A DNA stretch of 64,000 nucleotides from a virus (IMGVR_UViG_3300033463_000073:19751-83750), one strand, 5' to 3'. Positions 1 through 8,475 are shown, counted from the first letter of the stretch. Program-made: numbers and translations. Notes: generated from the letters alone by a model not told the origin.

Positions 1-275
1 GCCTCGTGCAACACACGCACCATACAGTCGCCTTTTGAATCAAGAAACGCAAGGTCGTCCATCAATTGGCTTTCCGTTATGTCATATTCGACAATGCCGT
101 GCGCAACCCTGAATTGCCATCTTTCCCACCTGACACGGAGGTCAAAGCAGCGGACACCGAGGTCATACTGCTCGCGTATGGTCTTGCTCTGGCATCTCGC
201 TGTGAATGACAATGGCTTCATCCACCATTTCCTGACGGGGAGGTAGCTCCATGAGTTATGTGAACCAAGTATCAT
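1..275 (-). CDS. PI-PLC X-domain-like phosphodiesterase (partial, runs off window start)
   Basis: Manual translation from ATG at 275: MILGSHNSWSYL...RCQSKTIREQYDLGVRCFDLRVRW...VAHG; HNS, Q-x3-I-x2-Q-x3-GVR-x-FDLR and AHG motifs typical of PI-PLC X domains. Confidence 0.65.
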   Translation of the reverse strand, partial: MILGSHNSWSYLPVRKWWMKPLSFTARCQSKTIREQYDLGVRCFDLRVRWERWQFRVAHGIVEYDITESQLMDDLAFLDSKGDCMVRVLHE

Positions 276-278
276 ACG

Positions 279-662
279 CTAATTCTTGTTTATATATATC
301 GTGTCGTGTGCAATAACAGAGCCGCAGACGCCAGACTGCTTGTGCTTTAATAGTTCGTACGCAAGACTGTCTCGTTGGTGCTCGTATGTCTTGGACTTGA
401 CTTTCAAGCTGACGCTGACCATAAGCCAGAAGATAGTCATCGCAGTAGCGATGAGTGCGACAGACAGAAGTGGTCTCATGCGTATGATTTTCGCAAGGAA
501 CACACAAAGCTTATACAACGCTGTGGCTAATCCTGCGAATATAGCCACAAGAACGCTGAGAACGCCATTTATAAGCGTTCTGACAGCATTCTTCGTGTAT
601 TGCAGCCAACTATTAAGGTTGTCGAATAAAAAGCGCTCAGAGCCGATATTTGACATTTCCAT
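279..662 (-). CDS. membrane protein, hypothetical
   Basis: 127 aa ORF with two hydrophobic segments, tightly packed in operon. Confidence 0.6.
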   Translation of the reverse strand: MEMSNIGSERFLFDNLNSWLQYTKNAVRTLINGVLSVLVAIFAGLATALYKLCVFLAKIIRMRPLLSVALIATAMTIFWLMVSVSLKVKSKTYEHQRDSLAYELLKHKQSGVCGSVIAHDTIYINKN

Positions 663-667
663 GTGAT

Positions 668-874
668 TTACGAGTCAAAGTTCTTGAATGCGCCTCCGTT
701 CTTGACGAACTCGAGTATCTGGACTTGTAGGTACATCTTGTTGTTGTAGACGTACGGCACAGACTTCTTGAACATCTTCTCGTACTCTTCGTCGACGAGA
801 ACGATGTGCTTCTTGAACCGCTTCTCCCTCTCAATCGCGCTGTGCGAGTGCAGATAATTTATTCCTTGGCTCAT
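668..874 (-). CDS. hypothetical protein
   Basis: 68 aa ORF overlapping recT stop by 4 nt. Confidence 0.55.
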   Translation of the reverse strand: MSQGINYLHSHSAIEREKRFKKHIVLVDEEYEKMFKKSVPYVYNNKMYLQVQILEFVKNGGAFKNFDS

Positions 875-1731
875 TTCTTCTTGTCTTTAGGTTTTTCTTC
901 AGCTTCGTCGAAGTCGGCAAACTTGTCGGCAACTTCTTGCGCTTTCTGGGCATCGAGTACTTGCTGTTCAAAGTTGTCGTTGTCCATATAGTCGTACTTG
1001 TCGGCCTCGAACTGCACGCTCTGGTCAGCCTGTATTGCATCCTTCATCTCCACGCTCAAAGGCGCGTTCTTTGAGAGGTTCAGCTTAATTACGGTCTTCC
1101 TTGCCATGTCGTCAAAGTCTGTAGTCCACTTGCTTGACTGCTTTACGTTGTCGAACTTCGAGCGATAAGTCTGCGAGTAGCGTGCGGCGTGTGCCTGCAT
1201 CTCTTCGAGAGACATATAGAACGTGGACTCAGCGCCATTGAGCAGGCGGAAGTACGATGCATATCCGATGGTCTTTGCTTTCGAGCGCTCGATGTCGTCT
1301 TCAATGAACTCAAAGACGCATTCTCCAGTCAGTCTGTTGCGGCTCTTCAGTTCTCCTTCCTTGATGTCTGTCGCCGTAGGGATGACCTTGAACTGACCGC
1401 TACGGAGGGCAAGCTGCTTGAATCCCTTGTATCCAAGCTGGAACTGGGCTACCGTTATGCCTTTCTTGTTGTCTTTGTACGGAATGCAGTACGCGAATCC
1501 GAGCGAGTTCTCAAGCGGCAAGTCTAATGCCGTGGCTTTAAGCGCAGCGAACATTACCGTCAAAGGCTGGCACTCTTGCAGTGCAGCGTTGTTTGCCACG
1601 AGAGCCGTGAGGTTGTTTACGAACGAGCCCTTACGCTCGCCTAATACGTCTGCCAAGTACTTCTGCGTGCTTGGGTTCGTAATGGTCTGGTTGAACAGCT
1701 GCAGACCAGTAGCTTTCTTTTCTTCTGCCAT
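871..1731 (-). CDS. recT: RecT-family single-strand annealing protein
   Basis: Motifs LGFAYCIPYK, AQFQLGYKGFKQLALRSGQ, W-x-TDFDDMARKTVIK. Confidence 0.9.
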   Translation of the reverse strand: MAEEKKATGLQLFNQTITNPSTQKYLADVLGERKGSFVNNLTALVANNAALQECQPLTVMFAALKATALDLPLENSLGFAYCIPYKDNKKGITVAQFQLGYKGFKQLALRSGQFKVIPTATDIKEGELKSRNRLTGECVFEFIEDDIERSKAKTIGYASYFRLLNGAESTFYMSLEEMQAHAARYSQTYRSKFDNVKQSSKWTTDFDDMARKTVIKLNLSKNAPLSVEMKDAIQADQSVQFEADKYDYMDNDNFEQQVLDAQKAQEVADKFADFDEAEEKPKDKKK

Positions 1732-1735
1732 AGTT

Positions 1736-2020
1736 TTATTCTTTTTTACGATTTCCTACTACCTGTATGGCAAGCAATGAACCTGCCAAGTGCGTCATAA
1801 GTTTGTTGAACAATCCAACCATGTCTTCATTTTCCATGAAATCGGTTGATGATAGGTTGAATTCAGTCTCGCCTTCTTTCAATTTCTGTTCAAGGTTTGA
1901 GAATGACAACAATTCTACCATTCCAGACTTGAAATCATTTTCATAGTTCTGTGTGATGTTTTCTACATTAGCGCGTTCATAGATGTAGCCGTCACTAACT
2001 TCAATGATGAATTTTGCCAT
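1736..2020 (-). CDS. hypothetical protein
   Basis: 94 aa ORF in operon context. Confidence 0.6.
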   Translation of the reverse strand: MAKFIIEVSDGYIYERANVENITQNYENDFKSGMVELLSFSNLEQKLKEGETEFNLSSTDFMENEDMVGLFNKLMTHLAGSLLAIQVVGNRKKE

Positions 2021-2022
2021 AG

Positions 2023-2409
2023 TTATTCTTCTTTCTTGTTTTCACTTTCAATAGAATCCACATAGCGCGTCAATGCGTCGATACACTTGTCTGGCAACTG
2101 CTTTGCCTTGTCATTGGACTTTATGTAGTCAATAGTGCCGCCAAGACCATATATTGCCATCAAGTCTTTTTCGGTAGGGGTCATTACAGCACCAAGCGTA
2201 AAGAAGACAAAGAACAAGATGAAAGACTTGATGTATTTCTTGCGTTGAATGACATTCGTCTTGATGTCATCCATATCCACGTCGTCACCGATGATGATGA
2301 AGAAACAGAACACGGCAATGACAAATGCCACCGCAAGACAAAACCAAAAACCTACGTTGAACAAAAACGAAATGTTTGCCAACCTTTGTAACCAATAAAT
2401 CTCTGTCAT
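2023..2409 (-). CDS. membrane protein, hypothetical
   Basis: 128 aa, two predicted TM helices. Confidence 0.65.
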   Translation of the reverse strand: MTEIYWLQRLANISFLFNVGFWFCLAVAFVIAVFCFFIIIGDDVDMDDIKTNVIQRKKYIKSFILFFVFFTLGAVMTPTEKDLMAIYGLGGTIDYIKSNDKAKQLPDKCIDALTRYVDSIESENKKEE

Positions 2410-2423
2410 AATCTTTAATCGTT

Positions 2424-3404
2424 TTATTTGTTGTTGTCTTTAATCTTGATTGATACGAAGCCTTTCTTGTTGACTTTCTTCTCATACTTCTCACGCATCT
2501 TCTTGTACAGCTTCGGATGGTCGTGTGCGTAGTCGTCGAGATAGCGCTTTGAGTCGAACTGAACCGATGTCGTCGGGTCAACGCGGGTTATGCTCCAAGA
2601 GTCGTTCTTGATGCTCTTGATGTTCTTGCTTTGAAGAAACTCATAGAGCTTCGCCTTAAAAGCCTCTACGGTCGCTTCTCGCTGCTTGATTTCAGTCAGC
2701 AGTGTAGTTATGCCATCGAACTCTTTCTGGACGTTCTCAGGCAGGTATTCATAAGGCACAGACTCGTCTTCTGTGTAATACTGCAGCGTGTCCAAGAAAT
2801 CGTCCACGATGTCCATTGCTTTTCCAAGGTCGTACTCTGCCTTCGAGAAGCGCACCTGCTTGACCGTAAGCCTCGAAGGGTCGAACTCGTGGTCGTTGTA
2901 ATCGACTTCATTTGTGTCGTACACACACAGAAGCACCCTAACCGTATAGTTGCCGACCGTCTTTGCGAGTTCGTTTCCAACAAGCCAGTGATGAGCGAGC
3001 TGCCATCTGTACTCTTCACGTGCCTGCCTGAACGACAACTTCGTAGCCTTCGCCTCTGCAATGATAATGACTTTCTTCTCGTCGTCTTGAAGTAAATAGT
3101 CAACATGGTCTATGACGTTCACATTCTTTCGAGAGTACTTCGTGCTTGTAAGGCACGGGTTCGACTGCCACCTGTCGTCCTGAGACTTGAGCATACTGAA
3201 TATCTCAAGCTCCATTCTGTCTCCAAACGCCATCGCAGGAGTGTAAACGTTATCATTCTCCACGAGACCTTTCACGATGGCCAGTCTCTTCACTGCAGAC
3301 TTGGGCACGACTCCGAGCTCTGCAATCTGTTGCAGCATACGGGCGTCACTTGAGCCTAAATTACCCTTGCGACTCTGTTCAATGTCTAATTTGTATTCTT
3401 CCAT
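2424..3404 (-). CDS. YqaJ/lambda-exonuclease-like nuclease (RecT partner)
   Basis: N-terminal LGSSDA, AMAFG-x2-ME, D-x-E-x-K-like (AEAK) and YRWQ motifs; near recT. Confidence 0.7.
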   Translation of the reverse strand: MEEYKLDIEQSRKGNLGSSDARMLQQIAELGVVPKSAVKRLAIVKGLVENDNVYTPAMAFGDRMELEIFSMLKSQDDRWQSNPCLTSTKYSRKNVNVIDHVDYLLQDDEKKVIIIAEAKATKLSFRQAREEYRWQLAHHWLVGNELAKTVGNYTVRVLLCVYDTNEVDYNDHEFDPSRLTVKQVRFSKAEYDLGKAMDIVDDFLDTLQYYTEDESVPYEYLPENVQKEFDGITTLLTEIKQREATVEAFKAKLYEFLQSKNIKSIKNDSWSITRVDPTTSVQFDSKRYLDDYAHDHPKLYKKMREKYEKKVNKKGFVSIKIKDNNK

Positions 3405-3405
3405 T

Positions 3406-3771
3406 CTATTTATTGTTTTGTGAGTTTATTATCTCTTCGTCAGACTTAGTCTTTATGATATAGATTTCAATTCCGTTGACGGCGTTTGCAACAATCTCCT
3501 TGCCTTTAATCTCCTGCTTGAACGAAGACAGGAAACCGAAGATTATTACGTTGTCGCCAGTGTGTGCATTGACTTTCTCAAGGTACTTGATGACCGCAGG
3601 CTTGTAGCACATGACATTCAGGTTCTGCTCGAAGTTGTTGCTTGTAGACGTTGCTCCGTCCTTGTTGTGAATCAGTACGGGCATCCATATATACGTCTGG
3701 CCGTTGACAGTCTTGCCTTTCTTTATCACGCCGCCTATTCTGCCTACGAGAATCATCAAGTTCCTGTCCAT
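3406..3771 (-). CDS. SSB-like OB-fold protein
   Basis: Likely start MDRNLMILVGRIG; G-D-x-V-x-I-x-G pattern; recombination-module context. Confidence 0.5.
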   Translation of the reverse strand: MDRNLMILVGRIGGVIKKGKTVNGQTYIWMPVLIHNKDGATSTSNNFEQNLNVMCYKPAVIKYLEKVNAHTGDNVIIFGFLSSFKQEIKGKEIVANAVNGIEIYIIKTKSDEEIINSQNNK

Positions 3772-3772
3772 A

Positions 3773-3976
3773 CTACTCTTCCACCGAGATTGTACACTCT
3801 CTGAACTGTCCCTTCTCGACAAACTGCATGAACTGCCTGTCACTTACGATGCCGCCGCCGATGAACGTGCCGTCATCCCTCAGCTTCGGCTTGCTCGTGT
3901 AGAAATACAGTTCGCCGTTCCTGTCTCGTGCAACAAATGCCTTGACTTCGATTCTCTTGTTTTCGTTCTTTTCCAT
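3773..3976 (-). CDS. small hypothetical protein (ARD-x-x-G-x-LY-x-Y-x-x-KP family)
   Basis: 67 aa; motif shared with ORF 15693-15902. Confidence 0.55.
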   Translation of the reverse strand: MEKNENKRIEVKAFVARDRNGELYFYTSKPKLRDDGTFIGGGIVSDRQFMQFVEKGQFRECTISVEE

Positions 3977-4057
3977 AATTCTTTGAATTTTGCTACAAAG
4001 TTAATGATAATAATTTGAAATATTTAAAATATACACACTTATTAACGTATTTAACGT

Positions 4058-4432
4058 TCAGTCACAACCGTACTTATCACACCATGCTTGCTTTGCATCC
4101 ATGAAGTGTACGAGCTCTTCGTCCCACATAGCCTGCGTGTCTGTGTCAAACACTGGAAGATACGAGTAGCTTATCCATTCCTCGTCGTGTCTGAGCGTGA
4201 CAAGATGGTCTCTGTACTTCTTTGGCAGCATCTCCACAATCCTCTCCACGTAGTCGCCAGTAAGGTTGCACTGCCATGAAGAGTCGTCTGGCCGTATCTT
4301 GACCATGATGTAACTCCCGTCTTCGCTGAGTCCGTTCGGCTTGGTCTTGGTGCATCTGTCCATCCAAGGGCTCTCGATGCACGGCTGGTTGATGACCTGC
4401 TCGATATTCTTCTTCAGGATGTCTATGTTCAT
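4058..4432 (-). CDS. hypothetical protein
   Basis: 124 aa ORF, 4-nt overlap with upstream gene. Confidence 0.6.
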   Translation of the reverse strand: MNIDILKKNIEQVINQPCIESPWMDRCTKTKPNGLSEDGSYIMVKIRPDDSSWQCNLTGDYVERIVEMLPKKYRDHLVTLRHDEEWISYSYLPVFDTDTQAMWDEELVHFMDAKQAWCDKYGCD

Positions 4433-4641
4433 TCCGAAACCTCCTTACCTGTAAGTTTGACGTACTGCTCTTCAGTGAGCTTCGTGACGTTGATGATTGC
4501 GTATGACGTCGAGTTCTTGTCGTGGCACACGTCCATCAGCTCGTCCTTCGTCGGGAAGGATTCGAAAAAGCAGTTCACGTACTTGTTGTAGTTCGTAATG
4601 ATGGTGAACAGCCAGTACTCTTTCTTTGTCTTCTTTGCCAT
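4429..4641 (-). CDS. hypothetical protein
   Basis: 70 aa ORF with the AAAACAT...ATTATG leader. Confidence 0.55.
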   Translation of the reverse strand: MAKKTKKEYWLFTIITNYNKYVNCFFESFPTKDELMDVCHDKNSTSYAIINVTKLTEEQYVKLTGKEVSE

Positions 4642-4749
4642 AATCTTATGTTTTAATTGTTGTTTAATTGTTCGTTGTACAGTCTCACTGCGTCTTCCCA
4701 GCTGATAGTCGGACGCTTGGTTCTCGGCTCGAATGTCTTTGTCTCCATT

Positions 4750-5112
4750 TCAGGCGGCAAGTTTAAGTCCTACTCGATTCAGAGCGCCGACAATGCACGA
4801 CAGCGTGTGCCTCCCTGAGTTGCGCATGCTGAGTATCTCGCGAGCGGTAAGGCGGGTGATGTCCTCGACAGTCTCGCAGTCAGCAGCCCTCAGACAGTTG
4901 ATGGCACGCACGGTTACGAGGCTGTTGGTTGAGTACTTGAACATGAACTCCTTGACAGTCATTCCAACAATCTCCTGCGGCACAAGCGAGAACGGACTGA
5001 CGGAACTGTCGTCTTTGCTGACGGCTTCCATGATTTCACACATGAGCTCCCGAGACCTTGCGAAGATTGTCTCGAGCTCGTTCATTTTCTCTAATAGCTG
5101 TTGTTTTGTCAT
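4750..5112 (-). CDS. RNA polymerase alpha-subunit C-terminal-domain-like protein
   Basis: VRAINCLRAADCETVEDITRLTAREILSMRNSGRHTL...GL matches the alpha-CTD pattern VR-x-x-NCL-x-x-A-x-I/V-x-T-x-x-DL...RN-x-G-x-KSL. Confidence 0.75.
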   Translation of the reverse strand: MTKQQLLEKMNELETIFARSRELMCEIMEAVSKDDSSVSPFSLVPQEIVGMTVKEFMFKYSTNSLVTVRAINCLRAADCETVEDITRLTAREILSMRNSGRHTLSCIVGALNRVGLKLAA

Positions 5113-5251
5113 AAGCGTTTATTTTGAGCTGTTACTTGACAAATCTATGACGAGACACCTTTTGCCTGTGTCCTCGTTTATCTTGTATCCTCTTTCTTCT
5201 AAGACCTTCTCGTTCATATCGAACATCCATTCCCATACTTTCCGTTGTTCA

Positions 5252-5395
5252 TCAAGAATTTCTTTTTCGGTCATATCCGTCTATTTTAAGTTGTTTTTTA
5301 ATGTTATGTATTTTCTCGTGGCAATCACGGCAAAGAACTACCAATTCGCCCATGTTAAACACATCAAGTTTTGTTGGTATTACTTTTGTCTCCAT
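5252..5395 (-). pseudogene. HNH endonuclease C-terminal remnant
   Basis: 47 aa ORF METKV...LVVLCRDCHEKIH containing only the LCxxCHxxxH half of an HNH fold. Confidence 0.45.
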
Positions 5396-5552
5396 AGCCT
5401 TGTTGTTTGTTTATTTATAAATTTGTTTGTATTTCTTCTATTATTTTACGTGCCTTATCTTCGCTGATACCTTTTTCTTTGGCTATCATCTTAACGGCTC
5501 GCTCGTTACATTCTTTTATTCCAGCAAGAATTTCTTCCATAGTCGTTATTTA

Positions 5553-6518
5553 TTAAAAATATTGTTCGCAAACAAAAAATTTTCTCGGAGAAAACTCCTT
5601 AAAATCAATTGTATTAAACAAACTTCGCTTGTTCGCCCAATGAGCCATGTCTTTCTGCCATTGAGGGATATTTTGTCGTGTAGTTGAGAAGTCTAAATAT
5701 GGCTGAGCTGCGATTGTTATGCTTTGTAGTCTCTTTGGATTTTTAACTCTCTCCTGTTTATTTCTCTCCCACCAATAATGAGTTCTGTCGTAACACTCGT
5801 TGATGTCTCCCATCAAAATTGTGTACATAAAGAAATCTCCATTAAAACCACACCGTGTGAGCTTGTCAATTACACGTTCACAATCTTTTATTTGAGCTTT
5901 TGTATCACAAGCAAACCTTATGCGACTATTTATCCACTTTATACGAGCCAACACTTTTGCTATGTCGTCCGTCACCAGTCGTGCGTCCATTGCTTGATTG
6001 AAGTCAACACGATACTTTTTGTCAGCAATTTTGTTTAACTGCTCCATTCCATAGTCACCAGCAGCAAGAATGTTGTTATCCATCAGTATGAGGTTTGTTC
6101 GACCATCAACTGCTATCTCATCAACGTCTTGGTACGGATGGATATAACCTTCTTTTTTTGGTACTATGCACCACGGACACTTGCGGATGCAACCGCGAGT
6201 AAGGAATCCGTAAGCGGTCTTTCCGTCAATGAACGGATAGATAGAGTAGTCTGGAATTATCTTCTCCGCTTTTTCTGGAAGACTACTTGTTACGTCGTAC
6301 CCAGTTCCACCGCGAATTATTTCTTTAGCGTTTGGAATAATATGAAGATAGTCCATTGTGTGTGTAAACACTTTAGACATGTATACGATGTCATATTCTC
6401 CAACTATACTATACCACTCAACATTGTCACCGTTTGCTTTGTGGTAAGCACTTAACTTCATCAAAGCAAGGTTTGGGAAATTCCCATGACCGTCTACGTC
6501 TATTAAACCAATATTCAT
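5553..6518 (-). CDS. radical SAM protein
   Basis: CxxxCxxC motif (GCIRKCPWC), DNN motif, N-terminal IGLIDVDGH-x-x-FPNLALMK. Confidence 0.85.
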   Translation of the reverse strand: MNIGLIDVDGHGNFPNLALMKLSAYHKANGDNVEWYSIVGEYDIVYMSKVFTHTMDYLHIIPNAKEIIRGGTGYDVTSSLPEKAEKIIPDYSIYPFIDGKTAYGFLTRGCIRKCPWCIVPKKEGYIHPYQDVDEIAVDGRTNLILMDNNILAAGDYGMEQLNKIADKKYRVDFNQAMDARLVTDDIAKVLARIKWINSRIRFACDTKAQIKDCERVIDKLTRCGFNGDFFMYTILMGDINECYDRTHYWWERNKQERVKNPKRLQSITIAAQPYLDFSTTRQNIPQWQKDMAHWANKRSLFNTIDFKEFSPRKFFVCEQYF

Positions 6519-6544
6519 ATATACTATACTGTTTATTCAACAAC

Positions 6545-6968
6545 TGCTACTGGAAGAGACCTTAGTTCCAGAGCGTAAGTTCCCCTTACACGCGAGACGA
6601 AAATCTCTCGTGAGGAACTTTTGCTCTGACTCCCTGCTGACTGTTGTCAACCTTGAGTCCATCGGCACTTTGTGGATAATCACATTGTGCTGCGGAATAT
6701 TTCTGCATTATCGCATACCTTGTCAACGTGTTCCGCTCGCAAAGTCACGTTTTGCCGTCTGGCTCCCGTTCGGCTCTCGGCATTGATACGGTGGGTTGTC
6801 CTCGTCTACCAAGCCCAGTGAAAATAGAGAAAGCCAACATACATAAATGAACTATCCCCGTCAAGTAGGGCAGTTACTCAACAGGGAATCGTTGCTTATG
6901 ATGTTGGCTAATTAAAGCCACCTTTTTGCTGTTATGTCCGCTATTCCAAGTACTGCCCACTTGTTTCA
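6545..6968 (-). ncRNA. candidate structured ncRNA/leader (~420 nt)
   Basis: No long ORF; downstream of promoter 6974-6981; long hairpins (6569-6628, 6663-6692, 6832-6909) and kissing complement 6863-6874/6952-6962. Confidence 0.5.
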
Positions 6969-6973
6969 CGGTG

Positions 6974-6981
6974 CAAATATA
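6974..6981 (-). promoter_or_regulatory. Bacteroidota sigma-A -7 element
   Basis: TATATTTG followed by CA. Confidence 0.7.
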
Positions 6982-7025
6982 CGACCATATTTTATATATT
7001 CCAAATTTTATGGCAAAACTTTAAG

Positions 7026-7439
7026 TTATTTTAGCATTTGGACACCTTTCCAGCACAGCCAAGCGCAGACGATAATATTCACGACGCACACGCAAATGTA
7101 GATAGTGATTTCGTACTCGTGTGAAGCAAACAACGACTTCTCAAGCAGATTGATGCCAAGATAAAGGCATGCAAGCTTGTTCCAGACACAAGTCTCTATG
7201 GCAACGCTTATGATGCACAGCACTACGAGCATCTGGACGTTGTACTCAAAATAAGCGCCTATGAGCCACGAAATCGGCTTGTTGGGTATAACCATATCGT
7301 CGTAGTACAGAAAGTCGCTTGTAGCCATTGCAAATACGCTTTCTGAGTAAGATATGAGTACAAGCGCGCAGATGAAAAAGGGAAGCATCTTCCCTGTGCG
7401 GATTAATGCCACCCTTGCTTTAAATAGTATGGAGCTCAT
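7026..7439 (-). CDS. multi-pass membrane protein
   Basis: 137 aa with 3-4 hydrophobic segments. Confidence 0.65.
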   Translation of the reverse strand: MSSILFKARVALIRTGKMLPFFICALVLISYSESVFAMATSDFLYYDDMVIPNKPISWLIGAYFEYNVQMLVVLCIISVAIETCVWNKLACLYLGINLLEKSLFASHEYEITIYICVCVVNIIVCAWLCWKGVQMLK

Positions 7440-7612
7440 TTTCTTCTTACTTTTATCTTGAATGTGACGCCAGCATCCCTTGGAAGTTGTGCTTGCATTC
7501 TCGGATAGCGCGTAGTGTCAGGCTTCGACACCCTCGTAGCGTCGTTCTTGTGCTTTAGTTCAACGGATTTCTTAATCCTTATCTTCCCTCTCCTACGCTT
7601 TTTCCTTGCCAT
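7436..7612 (-). CDS. small basic protein
   Basis: Manual translation MARKKRRRGKIRIKKSVELK...KIKVRRK (58 aa); 4-nt overlap with next gene. Confidence 0.5.
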   Translation of the reverse strand: MARKKRRRGKIRIKKSVELKHKNDATRVSKPDTTRYPRMQAQLPRDAGVTFKIKVRRK

Positions 7613-7714
7613 AGATGATGTTCAAAACCTTGGAATACTGTTCTCTCGTAATCTCTGCACGTCCGTGCTCTCGTCCTGCGATGTACACGAACCCAATCTT
7701 ATCCTCATTCATAG

Positions 7715-7791
7715 TGGAACTGTCTGAGTCGAACAAGACGGACAGGCGATACCGCTCCTACATCCGCACCACCCAATGTGGCCACAGTCCC
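7715..7791 (-). ncRNA. tRNA-like element with alanine identity (G3.U70, A73), no canonical anticodon arm
   Basis: Acceptor GGGACTG/CAGTTCC+A, U8, D arm GCCAC-ATTGG-GTGGT, T loop TTCGACT. Confidence 0.55.
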
Positions 7792-7864
7792 GTAAAGAAT
7801 AGGCTACCGACTTGTCACAAGCACTCACCTAAAGTAATTTATTCAAAATATAAAAATAATGGAA

Positions 7865-7891
7865 AAAGGCTTACTTAACTTCACAGCCTTT
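7865..7891 (-). terminator. hairpin terminator after Met-like element
   Basis: AAAGGCT...AGCCTTT stem followed by T run. Confidence 0.5.
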
Positions 7892-7946
7892 CAGCTTACT
7901 GTTATCAATCTAAAACATTACATCATGAAAAACCTGTATTTTGTTG

Positions 7947-8017
7947 TTGCGGTAGTGGAACCTGCCTCCCACCTCAAGGATATGAACCTCGTATGCGACT
8001 GTCACACTGCTACCGCG
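7947..8017 (-). tRNA. degenerate tRNA-Met(CAT)-like element
   Basis: Acceptor GCGGTAG/CTACCGC, anticodon arm CGAGG-TTCATAT-CCTTG; T loop lacks TTC. Confidence 0.55.
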
Positions 8018-8093
8018 ATGTGGAAAAGCCTACTAACTTGTCTCAAGCTCTCGGCTTAACAATAATCTAATACCATGAAATCTTAGTGACATG

Positions 8094-8101
8094 CAAAGAT
8101 A
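8094..8101 (-). promoter_or_regulatory. Bacteroidota -7 promoter driving the tRNA-like cluster
   Basis: TATCTTTG followed by CA. Confidence 0.7.
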
Positions 8102-8145
8102 CCACAATATTTTGAATATTGCAAGTTTCTTAGCAAGATTTAACG

Positions 8146-8475
8146 TTATTCTTCGTCTTCGCCGCTTCCTCTGAGCCTTTCGTTTAGCCGCTTAATCTGC
8201 TTCTTCATGTTCTTAATCTGATTCGAAAGTGCCTCGTTCTCCTTCTGTGCTTCGACGAGCGCTTTCACAGTCTCGCCGTTGTCTTTCCATACTACGGACG
8301 CTGTCAGGAACTCGCGCATGGTCTCCGCGTCGATGGCTGCGAGCTCTTCAAGACCGACGTGGTACATGAATCCTTCGAGCAGCGCTGGCAGCGTGTAGTA
8401 CATGTATTCGTTGTTGCCGACCTTCAGCACATGGCCGTTCGGCACAGGATAGACATTAATCTTTGTTCTTTCCAT
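8146..8475 (-). CDS. hypothetical protein with C-terminal coiled coil
   Basis: 109 aa ORF. Confidence 0.6.
   Translation of the reverse strand: MERTKINVYPVPNGHVLKVGNNEYMYYTLPALLEGFMYHVGLEELAAIDAETMREFLTASVVWKDNGETVKALVEAQKENEALSNQIKNMKKQIKRLNERLRGSGEDEE

Noticed and set aside
7715-7791. Intron-containing tRNA-Tyr(GTA)
   Set aside because: GCGGA-TGTA resembles a Tyr anticodon arm, but position 32 is missing, there is no Tyr-type variable arm and the acceptor carries Ala identity
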